Source: Gemmatimonadales bacterium (lineage in GTDB: Bacteria > Gemmatimonadota > Gemmatimonadetes > Gemmatimonadales > GWC2-71-9). Taken from it: a stretch of 64,000 bases of DNA. The stretch is taken from contig OZ252244.1 of NCBI GenBank assembly GCA_965249575.1, forward strand, positions 3,296,001-3,360,000. The letters run 5' to 3'. The notes under the pieces were generated by a model. The model was not told the DNA's origin. It made no database searches and worked only from the letters and a program-made list of their open reading frames with translations. Position numbers and translations under genes: made by a program. Below are positions 9,595 to 19,000 of this stretch, in pieces. Each line of letters opens with the position of its first letter. Position 1 is the stretch's first letter.

Positions 9595-9948
9595 ATGGCG
9601 GCTACCTCACACGTGCCCTACCGGAGAAGGGGCTCCTTCCCGATTGCGTTGCTGCTCGCGATTCTGCACCTCGGAGCCAGCGTCGCCGAACCCGTGCTAC
9701 ACGCGGCCGCGGAGGTTCTCGACGCCGAGGGTGCGATCGAGGCAACGCACTCGGAGCGGTGTGCGATCGTGCACGTGGACGTACGCTGCGCACCCGGCAA
9801 CCTGCACAAGATCGGCGGGCCGGGAGGACGGGACCTCCAAATCACGCAGCAACTCGTCCCGGCCACGGCGCCCGACGGTTGTTCTGAGAGAGCGCACTCA
9901 TCATTCCGACTCACTGCGAACGCCATCCGCGGACCTCCCGTTAGCTGA
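9595..9948 (+). CDS. Leader ORF, DUF2946/CruR-like, ending in RGPP
   Basis: Signal-like hydrophobic N-terminus, His/Cys cluster THSERCAIVHVDVRC, C-terminal IRGPPVS*; directly upstream of the metal-uptake genes. Confidence 0.65.
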   Translation: MAATSHVPYRRRGSFPIALLLAILHLGASVAEPVLHAAAEVLDAEGAIEATHSERCAIVHVDVRCAPGNLHKIGGPGGRDLQITQQLVPATAPDGCSERAHSSFRLTANAIRGPPVS

Positions 9949-10036
9949 CAGCCCGCCGGGTCACCGGCTCAAAGCGTAGCCCTGGGCATGGATGTCCAGG
10001 CACGCAATTGGCTGCTCGACAATGGGGAGTTCGTAC

Positions 10037-11311
10037 ATGCGTACCCTGAAACACTATTCACTGGCCCTCGCGGCGCTGAGCGCCGCGCCGGCGGCTTCGG
10101 CCGCTCAAGAACGGGAGCAGTCCGATTCCCTGGCGCGCCAGGTCTATCTCCTCCAGCAGCGGGTGGATTCCCTTGAGCGGCTGATCTCGAGCCGCACCGG
10201 TCCGGCTGCGGACACGGTGGGAGCTCCCGCCGACGAGCTTGCCGCCCTACGCGCGGCGGCACAGGCGGCCCTCCAGGAAGGGGATAGCACCCCGGAGCCG
10301 GACACGACCGGAGTGCGGTTCGTGGGACGCACCAGGACCTTGAATCAACTGAATCCAGAGATAAGCGTCACCGGTGACGTGCGCCTGCGGGCCAACCGCC
10401 CGGGACCGCAGGCAGAAAACGTCGACCTTCGGGAGTTCGAATTCGCATTTCAGTCCCCCCTCGATCCATTCTCTACCGCCAAAGTCTACGTGACATTCGA
10501 CGAAGGGGAGCTCGACATCGAAGAGGCCTACGCCTACTGGAGCGGGCTGCCCGGTCACCTGCGACTCGATTTCGGCAGGTTCCGGCAGCAGTTCGGCGAG
10601 CTGAACCGCTGGCACCTTCACGCGCTTCCCGAGACGGAGTATCCGCTCGTGTTGAGCCACTACGTCGGGGAAGAGGGCCTCGTGGGCGACGGCGTCGGCC
10701 TGTACTGGATCGTACCGACCTCTCGACCGGCGGTGGGCACGCATGAGCTGTGGGCCCAGCTCACTCTCGGCAACAATGAGGTCTTGTTCCACGGGGGGGA
10801 CCGTCTGTCGTTTCTCGGGCACTTGAACAGCTTCTGGCAGCTCAGTCCATCCACCTTCTTCCAATTGGGGTGGACCGCGGTTTATGGCGAGCATCCAGAT
10901 TCAGCGCTCAAGAGCCGTGTGTTTGGTACCGATTTTCGGGTTACGTGGACACCGCCTGAGCGCGCGCAGTACCGATCCTTCACCGTACGGGGCGAAGGGT
11001 ATGCGGCGCGCCGGGAGGTGGCCGGTGTGGGCGACACCAGATGGGGTGGGTACATCGGCGCGCGGTATCAGCTCACCCGCCGGCTGTTCGTCGGCGCGAG
11101 ATACGACTACGTCGAACTGCTCGAAGGTCCGAGCGATCACGAATGGGCACTGTCGCCGTACCTGGTGTGGTGGCAAAGCGAATGGGTGCGGCTTCGCGCG
11201 GAATGGCGGCGGCACTCGGTCCCCTTGGCGGGTGGGCTGCGGGATTCCTCAGACGGGCTCGTGCTTCAAGCCGTCTGGTCGATGGGCCCCCACAAACACG
11301 AGACGTACTAG
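10037..11311 (+). CDS. Outer-membrane beta-barrel, putative zinc/metal uptake receptor
   Basis: Signal peptide, coiled stretch, LNPEISV, FGELNRWHLH, C-terminal WSMGPHKHETY; GGGGAG RBS. Confidence 0.75.
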   Translation: MRTLKHYSLALAALSAAPAASAAQEREQSDSLARQVYLLQQRVDSLERLISSRTGPAADTVGAPADELAALRAAAQAALQEGDSTPEPDTTGVRFVGRTRTLNQLNPEISVTGDVRLRANRPGPQAENVDLREFEFAFQSPLDPFSTAKVYVTFDEGELDIEEAYAYWSGLPGHLRLDFGRFRQQFGELNRWHLHALPETEYPLVLSHYVGEEGLVGDGVGLYWIVPTSRPAVGTHELWAQLTLGNNEVLFHGGDRLSFLGHLNSFWQLSPSTFFQLGWTAVYGEHPDSALKSRVFGTDFRVTWTPPERAQYRSFTVRGEGYAARREVAGVGDTRWGGYIGARYQLTRRLFVGARYDYVELLEGPSDHEWALSPYLVWWQSEWVRLRAEWRRHSVPLAGGLRDSSDGLVLQAVWSMGPHKHETY

Positions 11312-11313
11312 CT

Positions 11314-12387
11314 ATGAGACACCAATCGTCTGTGAGGGCGTTCTCGTGGCTGATGATCGCAGCCACGGTGCCGGCGGTCGCGATCCCTCGTGCCGGGCTC
11401 GACGCGGACCCCGTTCGGGTCGTCACCTCACTCAGCACGTACGCCGCGATCGCCCGTGAGATCGTGGGCGACCGAGGAACGGTATCCTCGATCGCCCAGG
11501 GTGTCGAGAATCCCCACTTCGTCCAACCCCGTCCCAGTTTCCTTCGCCAGCTACAGCGCGCTGATCTCTTTGTGACCACGGGACTGGATCTGGAGCTGTG
11601 GGTTCCAACGCTGCTCGACAAAGCAAACAACGGGAAGATCAGGGAGGGTGGCACCGGATACGTGACCGCGTATACCGGCTTGAACCTCCTCGATGTTCCC
11701 GCGGCGGTGAGCAGGGCGGAAGGCGACATTCATGTCTATGGGAACCCCCACGTCTGGACCGATCCCATCAACGGTATGCTCATCGGCCAGAACATCCTGA
11801 TCGGCCTGAAGCGGGTGTCCCCCGAGAACGCCGACTACTTCGACGAGCGGTTCGCCGCGTGGAGGAATCGGGTCGTCCGCGCGCTGGTCGGTGACTCACT
11901 CGCGGAAATGATCGGCACTGAAACCGCCCTCGCGCTGGCGAAGGACTATAGGCTCTGGAGTTTTATCGAGTCGAATGCCTTCAGAGACCGGCCGTTGCTG
12001 GACTATTTGGGGGGGTGGCTCAGGACCGCCCAAGCGTTCCGCGGGCGAACGATGGTCTGCTACCACAAGGAATGGGACTATTTCAGCCGGCGTTTCGGCG
12101 TCCCGTGCGTCGCGTACATCGAGCCCAAACCGGGTATTCCCCCGACGCCGCGACACGTAGCAGATGTCATCAACCTCATGCGTGATCAGAAGATTTCCGT
12201 GCTGTTCTCCACCAATTACCACGACCGGAACCACGTGAGGCGCGTAGCGGGACGGACGGACGCGAGCGCCGTCATCGTCCCGTCGAACGTTGGCGGCGGG
12301 CCCGGGACCGATTCGTACGCCGAGCTCGTGAGCCTCTGGGTCGGGGAGCTCGCCATGGCATTCGCGAGTCAGAAGGCGGAGCGATGA
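11314..12387 (+). CDS. Zn/Mn ABC transporter substrate-binding protein (ZnuA/TroA family)
   Basis: NPHF, GNPHVWTDP, YHKEWDY and IEPKPGIPPT motifs. Confidence 0.88.
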   Translation: MRHQSSVRAFSWLMIAATVPAVAIPRAGLDADPVRVVTSLSTYAAIAREIVGDRGTVSSIAQGVENPHFVQPRPSFLRQLQRADLFVTTGLDLELWVPTLLDKANNGKIREGGTGYVTAYTGLNLLDVPAAVSRAEGDIHVYGNPHVWTDPINGMLIGQNILIGLKRVSPENADYFDERFAAWRNRVVRALVGDSLAEMIGTETALALAKDYRLWSFIESNAFRDRPLLDYLGGWLRTAQAFRGRTMVCYHKEWDYFSRRFGVPCVAYIEPKPGIPPTPRHVADVINLMRDQKISVLFSTNYHDRNHVRRVAGRTDASAVIVPSNVGGGPGTDSYAELVSLWVGELAMAFASQKAER

Positions 12388-12405
12388 AGACCGCGGGAGA
12401 TCGGC

Positions 12406-13242
12406 ATGGCTGACTTCGTAGGCCTGATGGGTGCCCCCTTTGCGGCCTGCATGGTGCTGGTAGCGATGCACGCGTACCTGGGCATTCACGTCATCGCTCG
12501 GGAGGTGATATTCGTCGACCTCGCACTCGCCCAGATGGCGGCGTTGGGGAGTACGTCCGCCATTCTCTTCAACGTGCCACCCGACTCGCCGGGAGGCTAC
12601 GCTTTCGCCCTCGCGTTCACCACCGTTGGCGCATCGATCTTCGCATTGACGAGAACCACGCGGGCATCCCAGAGGGTGCCGCAGGAAGCCATCATCGGCA
12701 TCGTGTTCGTGGTGGCCTCGGCCGCCGCGATACTGGTGGCGGATCGGGCGCCCGGAGGCGCCGAAGCGATCAAGGAAATCCTCGTCGGCAGTATTCTCTG
12801 GGTCAGCTGGCCGACGATCGCGCGACTGGCGGCGGCCTACGCCATCATCGGGCTCTTCCACTGGCTGTACCGGACGCGGTTCCTGACTATTTCGCTCAGG
12901 GAGGAGGAAGCGCGAAGCCAGGGATGGAACCTCCGGTGGTGGGACTTCCTCTTCTACCTGTCCTTCGGTGTGGTCATCACGCTGGCCGTCCCGGTCGCCG
13001 GGATCTTGCTGGTCTTCACGTTCCTGGTGGTCCCCGCGGTCGTGGCGTTCCTCTTTACGCGCAGCACAGGAGCACTGGTTGCCATCAGCTGGGGATCAGC
13101 CGCCATCGCATCGTCCGGCGGTCTCGTCCTGTCGTTCCAGTACGATCTCCCCACCGGGCCCCTGATCGTGTGCGTCTTCGGCCTGGTGCTGCTCGCGGCG
13201 GCGCTCGCACAGCGGGTTCTCAAGCTGCAGGGAGGCAGCTAA
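12406..13242 (+). CDS. Metal ABC transporter permease (ABC-3/ZnuB-like)
   Basis: Multi-TM protein; YLGIHVIAREVIFVDLALAQ, EAIIG, DLPTGP. Confidence 0.88.
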   Translation: MADFVGLMGAPFAACMVLVAMHAYLGIHVIAREVIFVDLALAQMAALGSTSAILFNVPPDSPGGYAFALAFTTVGASIFALTRTTRASQRVPQEAIIGIVFVVASAAAILVADRAPGGAEAIKEILVGSILWVSWPTIARLAAAYAIIGLFHWLYRTRFLTISLREEEARSQGWNLRWWDFLFYLSFGVVITLAVPVAGILLVFTFLVVPAVVAFLFTRSTGALVAISWGSAAIASSGGLVLSFQYDLPTGPLIVCVFGLVLLAAALAQRVLKLQGGS

Positions 13243-13691
13243 CCGTTTCTAGATCCCATGAGCACGACCGGTGCAGATACGCGCGCGAGGACACGCTCGA
13301 GGGCGCGACCGGTACAGATACGCGCGCGCGAGGACACGTGCGCAAGGTGCGGCAATGCGCTGCAGATGCAGGCAGCCACCCGCACACGCCCACCGAAGCG
13401 TGCAGGGCGGAGCCCCAGCCACGGCATAATCATGCAGCATGAAGTCCTCTTCGACCGGCCCCTGCGGTCGGGCGCTGTGCGTGTTGGGGGTAGGAAGAAG
13501 AGAATCGGGTTCTTCGCTAGGGGCGTTCAGCTACCCTGGCTGCCGCCCTCCCCACGTTCTACGTTGGCACACTGGTACAATCGCACTCGAACCGCCCGGC
13601 AATGGCACTGGGCAAGGGTCAAATGGGAAATGTCGGATAAGACAATGAAGAGTCCAGTTCCGCGTCGATTGCTGTATTGGTAACGATCATC

Positions 13692-13770
13692 ATGGATCAG
13701 CATTCGGTAACCCTTCGGGCCGCCAACCCCACGTTCGAAGAGGGTCTGGCATTTGCCCGCTACCTCGATG
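13692..13770 (+). pseudogene. N-terminal stub of a GNAT-like acetyltransferase
   Basis: MDQHSVTLRAANPTFEEGLAFARYLD followed by unrelated sequence. Confidence 0.4.
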
Positions 13771-13865
13771 GCGACGGTCTTTCTGGGGTCGGGGATGAGT
13801 GCGGGGCCCATTCAGGTGGGCCTCCTCACTCACTACTCCTCACTGGGGGTTGGCTTCGGCGGGGG

Positions 13866-14515
13866 TTACTGCCTTCTCCTGAACCACGATTTCACGTCAA
13901 ACTGATGTGAGACTTGCGTGGTGAGTGCAAAACCGTCGCGCAAGAACGCCCGCGCGCTGCCTTCTGGTGTCCAGTGGTCTCGCCGGTGCGTCACCTTGAA
14001 AACGGTGCGGGGGGCCAGACGGTAGCCAATACCCGCCTCGATATTGTAGAAGTTGGTGGCTCGAGCCACCCAGGAGCTGTCTCCGACCCCCCGGATGAAG
14101 GGATAGTTGTTGGCCTCGAATCGCACGGCCGTGAAGAGCCTGGGGATCCAAGTGTACTTGACCTCCAGGTAGTAGGTTTCGCCGGTGACCGGATCGGCCA
14201 GAGTGGGTACGTCATACTCCGAGAGCGCCAGCTCACCGTGAAACTCGAGGTAGCCGCGGCTGAACCGTGCATCGAACGCGACAATCTGTTGGTTATGGTC
14301 CCGCCAGCCGGTACCGCCAAGGTGCGCGGCCGAGAGGCCGCTGTGGAGATAGGGACCCCTGGTAAAGGAGGCTCCGAGGCGGAGGCCCGTGGTCAGTGTC
14401 ACGCCGGCGCCCAGCGCAAGCCTCGGGGCGGCGCTCGGGGCGGGCACGTACCGGTCGTGGCTGGTCGGGTGACTGGCCAACGCGACCCGGTAGTCAAGCC
14501 AGGATACTACACCGT
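13866..14515 (-). pseudogene. Outer-membrane beta-barrel, C-terminal fragment
   Basis: Alternating aromatic beta-strand pattern (YYLEVKYTW, IEAGIGYRL, QVSHQFD); no N-terminus. Confidence 0.55.
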
Positions 14516-14741
14516 GATTCCCGAAGACCAGTCTACGACGGGCCGGAGAAGGGCGACAGTGCGCTCGTGGGGCATCGACGTGCGGGATTGGGACACCTGG
14601 TTGTACTCGGGAGAATATGTTCCCCCGTTCTGCTGTGCGCTCGGCGTACCTCGCGCTCCTTCGCAGGAACGCACATCTTCTAGAACCATGTCCGAGATCA
14701 CCTCCCGGCTCTCGACCGCCCTCGCTCCCGTTTCCTGACAG

Positions 14742-17174
14742 ATGTCCGGGTTCTTGCACCGTCTCAAGACCGCAATCGTTGACCTCGGCATGGGAAGGCA
14801 AGGGTCCGCTGATCCCACGGCCTTTGGTGCTGCCGCGGCGCAGCTGCCGGCGAACCTACTGAGCGCTCTCAGCGAGGAGCTTGCCGACCGGTACACCATC
14901 ACCGAGGAGATCGGGAGCGGAGGGATGGCACTGGTCTTCCGCGCACACGATGTGAAGCATGACCGATCCGTTGCACTGAAGATCCTGCGCCCAGAGCTGA
15001 CGTCTCGGGTGGGCCGCGAGCGGTTTCTCCGAGAGATCAAACTCGCAGCCCGCCTGACGCACCCCCATGTCCTTGCGCGCCACGACTCGGGTGACGCCGC
15101 AGGGCTCCTGTACTATGTGATGCCGTTTGTCGAGGGCGCCTCGTTGCGCGATCGCCTGCGCGAGGAGAAGCCGCTTTCGGTCGAAGAGGCGCTCGAGATC
15201 ACCCGCGCCGTGGCTGCCGCCCTCGACTATGCCCATCGCCAGGCGGTCGTTCATCGCGACATCAAGCCCGAGAACATCATGTTTCTCGACGGTGTGGCGA
15301 TGGTGACCGACTTCGGCATTGGGAAGGCGGTAAGCGCCGCTGGGGCCGAGCACCTGACCCAGGCGGGGACCGCGATCGGGACCCCCGCTTACATGAGTCC
15401 TGAGCAGATGTACGGTGAGGGAGGACTCGACGGGCGCAGTGACATCTACAGCTTGGGCTGCATGCTCTACGAGATGCTGACTGGCCAGCAGCTGTTTACC
15501 GGGCCGTCACCGCAGGCGCTTATCGTCCGCCGGGCGGCTCGTCCGGTTCCCGAACTCGATTTCCCCGACGCCGTACCCGACCATGTCAAAGCAGCTGTCC
15601 GTGCCGCGCTGGCCGAGGCGCCGGAGGACCGCCCGGCCACCAGCGCCCAGCTCGCCGACATGCTCGCAACACCAACGCAGTCGCTGGCCGTTGAGCCGGC
15701 GCCACCCGCGCCGCAGTTGACGCCGCCGTCGAATATGTCGATCGCCGTGCTTCCGTTCACCAACATGAGCGGGGATCCGGGCAACGAGTACTTCAGCGAC
15801 GGCATCACCGAGGAGATCATCAACGCGCTCGCGCAGCTCAAAGATCTTCACGTCGCGGCCCGGATGTCCTCCTTTGCGTTCAAGGGGAAGACACCGGACA
15901 TCAGCGACGTCGGCACCACGCTCAACGTCGCCACGGTACTCGCGGGAAGTGTTCGGGCAGCCGGTACTCGCCTTCGGGTGACCGCACAGCTCATCAACGT
16001 TGCCGACGGCTATCACCTGTGGTCCGAGCGCTTTGACCGCGAGATGGACGATGTCTTCGCCATTCAGGACGAGATCGCCACGACCATCGCGAACCGGCTG
16101 GAAGTCACCCTCGCGGGCGGGACAGACGAGCTATTGGTCAAGCCACCGACTGGGAATCTCGAGGCGTATCAGCTCTACCTGAAGGGCCGGTACATGTGGA
16201 ACAAGCACACGTTCGATTGCTACCACCTGGCCCTACGGTCGTTCGAGCGGGCAATCGAGCTCGATCCCGCCTATGCACGGGCGCACGCCGGAATAGCCTC
16301 GTGCCACTTCTGGCTCGGATTCCTCGAGTCGATGCCGCCCAGTGAGGCATATCCCAAGGTTAAAGCGTCAGCTTCTCGCGCTCTTGAAATTGACGACACC
16401 ATTGCCGAGGCCCACACCTATCTCGGCAGCGCTCTGATGACATACGAGTGGGACTGGGACGGCGCCGAGCTCGAGTTCAGGCGCGGTATCGAGCTGGACC
16501 CCAATTCGGTCGTGGCACGGCAGGGATACGCAGTCTACTTGCTGAATCTCGGTCGGACGCAGGAGGCCCTAGACCAGACCACCGCAGCGCTCGCAATCGA
16601 TTCCCTTTGGGTCAAGGGGTATCAAGACCTAGGCTTCATCCTGACCCTTGAGGGAAAGTACGCTGAGGCCATTGATCAATTCGAGACGGCACTGGAACTC
16701 GACCCTGGCTTCCCTGTGACGCATGTGTGCCTCGGCTACGCGCTGGTTCACTCGAGGAGATTCGCGGAGGCCATCGCAGCCTTCACGAAGAGCGTGGAGG
16801 CCGCCGGAGGTGGCCCGTTTTTCAACGCCTCCCTGGCCTTTGCGCTTGGATTTTCCGGCCAACGCGAGGCAGCCCAGACCATTCTGGACGAGCTCGTTGC
16901 CCAGCGTGAGCAGACGTACGTGCAGGCTGCCCTTATCGCTTGGATTCACATTGGCATGGGGGACTACGATGCCGCTTTCGAGTGGCTCGAGAGGGCGTTC
17001 GAAGAACACTCGGCGCTACTCATTTCTCTTCCGTCCTTTGGTTACTGGGACCCCATACGAAGCGACGAACGCTTCACGCAGCTAGTGGACAAGATGGGTC
17101 TCGCTGCAAAGGGGCGGCTCCCCGCCCGGGAGCTGCTTCTGCCCGAGTCGGAGTTCAGGGCTGAGAAGCGATAG
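14742..17174 (+). CDS. Ser/Thr protein kinase with TolB-N-like domain and TPR repeats
   Basis: GSGGMA, VALK, HRDIKPEN, DFG, GTPAYMSPEQ; SIAVLPFTNMS..EYFSDGITEE; TPR helices. Confidence 0.93.
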   Translation: MSGFLHRLKTAIVDLGMGRQGSADPTAFGAAAAQLPANLLSALSEELADRYTITEEIGSGGMALVFRAHDVKHDRSVALKILRPELTSRVGRERFLREIKLAARLTHPHVLARHDSGDAAGLLYYVMPFVEGASLRDRLREEKPLSVEEALEITRAVAAALDYAHRQAVVHRDIKPENIMFLDGVAMVTDFGIGKAVSAAGAEHLTQAGTAIGTPAYMSPEQMYGEGGLDGRSDIYSLGCMLYEMLTGQQLFTGPSPQALIVRRAARPVPELDFPDAVPDHVKAAVRAALAEAPEDRPATSAQLADMLATPTQSLAVEPAPPAPQLTPPSNMSIAVLPFTNMSGDPGNEYFSDGITEEIINALAQLKDLHVAARMSSFAFKGKTPDISDVGTTLNVATVLAGSVRAAGTRLRVTAQLINVADGYHLWSERFDREMDDVFAIQDEIATTIANRLEVTLAGGTDELLVKPPTGNLEAYQLYLKGRYMWNKHTFDCYHLALRSFERAIELDPAYARAHAGIASCHFWLGFLESMPPSEAYPKVKASASRALEIDDTIAEAHTYLGSALMTYEWDWDGAELEFRRGIELDPNSVVARQGYAVYLLNLGRTQEALDQTTAALAIDSLWVKGYQDLGFILTLEGKYAEAIDQFETALELDPGFPVTHVCLGYALVHSRRFAEAIAAFTKSVEAAGGGPFFNASLAFALGFSGQREAAQTILDELVAQREQTYVQAALIAWIHIGMGDYDAAFEWLERAFEEHSALLISLPSFGYWDPIRSDERFTQLVDKMGLAAKGRLPARELLLPESEFRAEKR

Positions 17175-17199
17175 GGATTTCAGAGGCCCCTTACACGCG

Positions 17200-17449
17200 C
17201 TGGGGCGACGGCATGACCGTTGACTCGCACGGCAATCTCTATATAGCGGTGTCTGGATCACAGACGGAGAATGGCGTCTACGTACTTGCGGCCGGCGGTC
17301 AGCAGCTTGCGTTCCTTGCGATGCCGGAGGGGGCCATCAACCTCGATTTCGGCAGGGGGCGGGACTGCAACGTCCTCTACGTCACCTGTGGGCACGGGCT
17401 CTATCGCATTCGCCTGCAGCGGACCGGTTTCCGGCCCGGAGCACTATAG
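17200..17449 (+). pseudogene. SMP-30/gluconolactonase, C-terminal fragment
   Basis: GDGMTVDSHGNLYIA...NLDFG...LYVT..GLYRIRL. Confidence 0.65.
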
Positions 17450-17519
17450 AAGAGGCTCCCGCGGTGCCGCCAAGCACGCAAATGCAGCTGATCGCTTTCG
17501 CGTATCTGGGGGTACGGCA

Positions 17520-17545
17520 GTTGCCGTTATCGTTGCCGTTTCTCC
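17520..17545 (+). promoter_or_regulatory. Integrase arm-type sites (GTTGCCGTT x2); matching pair at 2301-2326
   Basis: GTTGCCGTT-ATC-GTTGCCGTTTCTCC vs GTTGCCGTT-CGG-GTTGCTGTTTCTCC. Confidence 0.7.
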
Positions 17546-17645
17546 CGGCAAAGTCCGGCATTCAGGGCGGTAAAATGTCGGACCGACGCCCGGAAGTCGT
17601 TGAAAAACCGACAATTTGCCGTTTTTCGTGGTCCCCCTGACCTGT

Positions 17646-17781
17646 ATGGGGTTCAGGGGGTCGCGGGTTCAAATCCCGCCGTCCCGACTAGTGGAAGTTG
17701 CAAATCAGCAACAACTTAGAGGGCGAGTGATCCGAGACTGGATTGCTCGCCTTCGGGCGTTGTGTGCCAATAGTGTGCCAA
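17646..17781 (+). repeat. tRNA-Pro 3' half (att core 2) plus 'TGTGCCAA' right arm
   Basis: Core identical to 2197-2240; followed by a hairpin and TGTGTGCCAATAGTGTGCCAA. Confidence 0.88.
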
Positions 17782-17890
17782 ATTCAAGTGACCGATCTGA
17801 CAAGACGCGTTGGCGGAACAAAACCTCAGCTGACAAATTCTCCCATCCATGCCGTCAAGCGCGCTCCTCAGAGAAGCGCGAGAACGTCCT

Positions 17891-18526
17891 ATGAACGAGA
17901 ACGCTCATCACGTAGCTGCACAACGCCTGCTGGCGCACTCCTGTTACGCCAGAGATGTCCTTGATGTAGACATCCGATTCGCACAGACACTTCTGGAAGG
18001 CCGTGGATACACAGAGGCGGAGGAGGCATACCGCAATGCGATCGTCTATATCAAAGAGACGATAGATGAGTTGTGCCAGGAGGGAGCTGAAAAATTGGTG
18101 GCCAATGAAGTAGAGCCGCCTGGCACGAACTACGACCCAGCTTTAGTGCTTGAATTGGCAAAGCAAGAGGCGCATCGCCATCTGCGCATTGCTGAACAAG
18201 GTCACGCGACCGCTCTCCAACAGGTTGAGGCCGGTGCTCCTGAACCCACCGCTGAGGAGGTCTACCAGGGTCTCCAACGGCAGTGGCGACGTGCAAGAAT
18301 CAGGTCCTATGGGCGGCTTGCGATCGGGGCGGTGGTTGCCGCTGTCGCGGCGCGTTATGTATACCCTATGTCGGGCTGGTTAGTCCTGATCCCGGTCGTG
18401 GCTTTAATTGTCTACGCGTTCATCGAGCTAATCATCATTCAGTCCTTCCCTCCCACACCCCATCTATTGCCATTGCATGATCAGGCGATCTATGAGCGAG
18501 CCGCAAGAGATGGGTGGGTGAAGTAG
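17891..18526 (+). CDS. Hypothetical protein with two C-terminal TM helices
   Basis: Only long ORF between two att cores; lower GC than the flanks; start uncertain (17849 or 17891). Confidence 0.6.
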   Translation: MNENAHHVAAQRLLAHSCYARDVLDVDIRFAQTLLEGRGYTEAEEAYRNAIVYIKETIDELCQEGAEKLVANEVEPPGTNYDPALVLELAKQEAHRHLRIAEQGHATALQQVEAGAPEPTAEEVYQGLQRQWRRARIRSYGRLAIGAVVAAVAARYVYPMSGWLVLIPVVALIVYAFIELIIIQSFPPTPHLLPLHDQAIYERAARDGWVK

Positions 18527-18569
18527 GGCTCCTGGATACCCATCCGCTACCGCGCGGGCCCACATCCCT

Positions 18570-18704
18570 TGGGGTTCAGGGGGTCGCGGGTTCAAATCCC
18601 GCCGTCCCGACTAGCGGAAGTTGAAACTTAGCAACAAGATAGAAGGCGAGTGATCCAAGGCTGGATTGCTCGCCTTCGGTCGTTGTGTGCCAATAGTGTG
18701 CCAA
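18570..18704 (+). repeat. tRNA-Pro 3' half (att core 3) plus 'TGTGCCAA' right arm
   Basis: Close copy of 17647-17781. Confidence 0.88.
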
Positions 18705-18781
18705 CTTCGAGTGTCGCACCTCGAGGTCAGTTTGTTATATGACTTGCTCTCCGCGGAGTTCATCTTCGGACTGAGGTCGCA

Positions 18782-19000
18782 GTGAGCCGACTGGAGGACC
18801 TCCAGGCCAACGCCGTCCGCGGCATCCTGCCGGACGCACTGGTCACGGTCGTTAGCGTCGCCTGGCATGGTTCTGACGCCCTCACGCTGGTGTATCGCGA
18901 CCCCAATGGCCGGGTGGCGGACGAGAACCTCTACCGGCTCGACGAGCCCCGCCTCGAGCCCAAGGCCGAGCAGGGCCAGCTCGAAGGCCTGGGTGCATAG
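18782..19000 (+). pseudogene. N-terminal stub of an SNF2-related (DUF3883-type) helicase
   Basis: SRLEDLQANAVRGILPDALVTVVSVAWHGSDALTLVYRD..LYRLDEPRLE resembles the start of that family; stops after 72 aa. Confidence 0.6.

Larger units (their letters stand above)
2197..17689. mobile_element. 15.5-kb integrative element (satellite/tycheposon-like) bounded by tRNA-Pro direct repeats
   Basis: 44-bp identical direct repeats at both ends; matching GTTGCCGTT-N3-GTTGCYGTTTCTCC arm sites inside both ends; integrase, HTH, primase and iteron region inside. Confidence 0.85.

Noticed and set aside
13600..13650. Possible IS terminal repeat (GTCAAATGGGAAATGTCGGATAAGACA)
   Set aside because: No partner repeat or transposase found.
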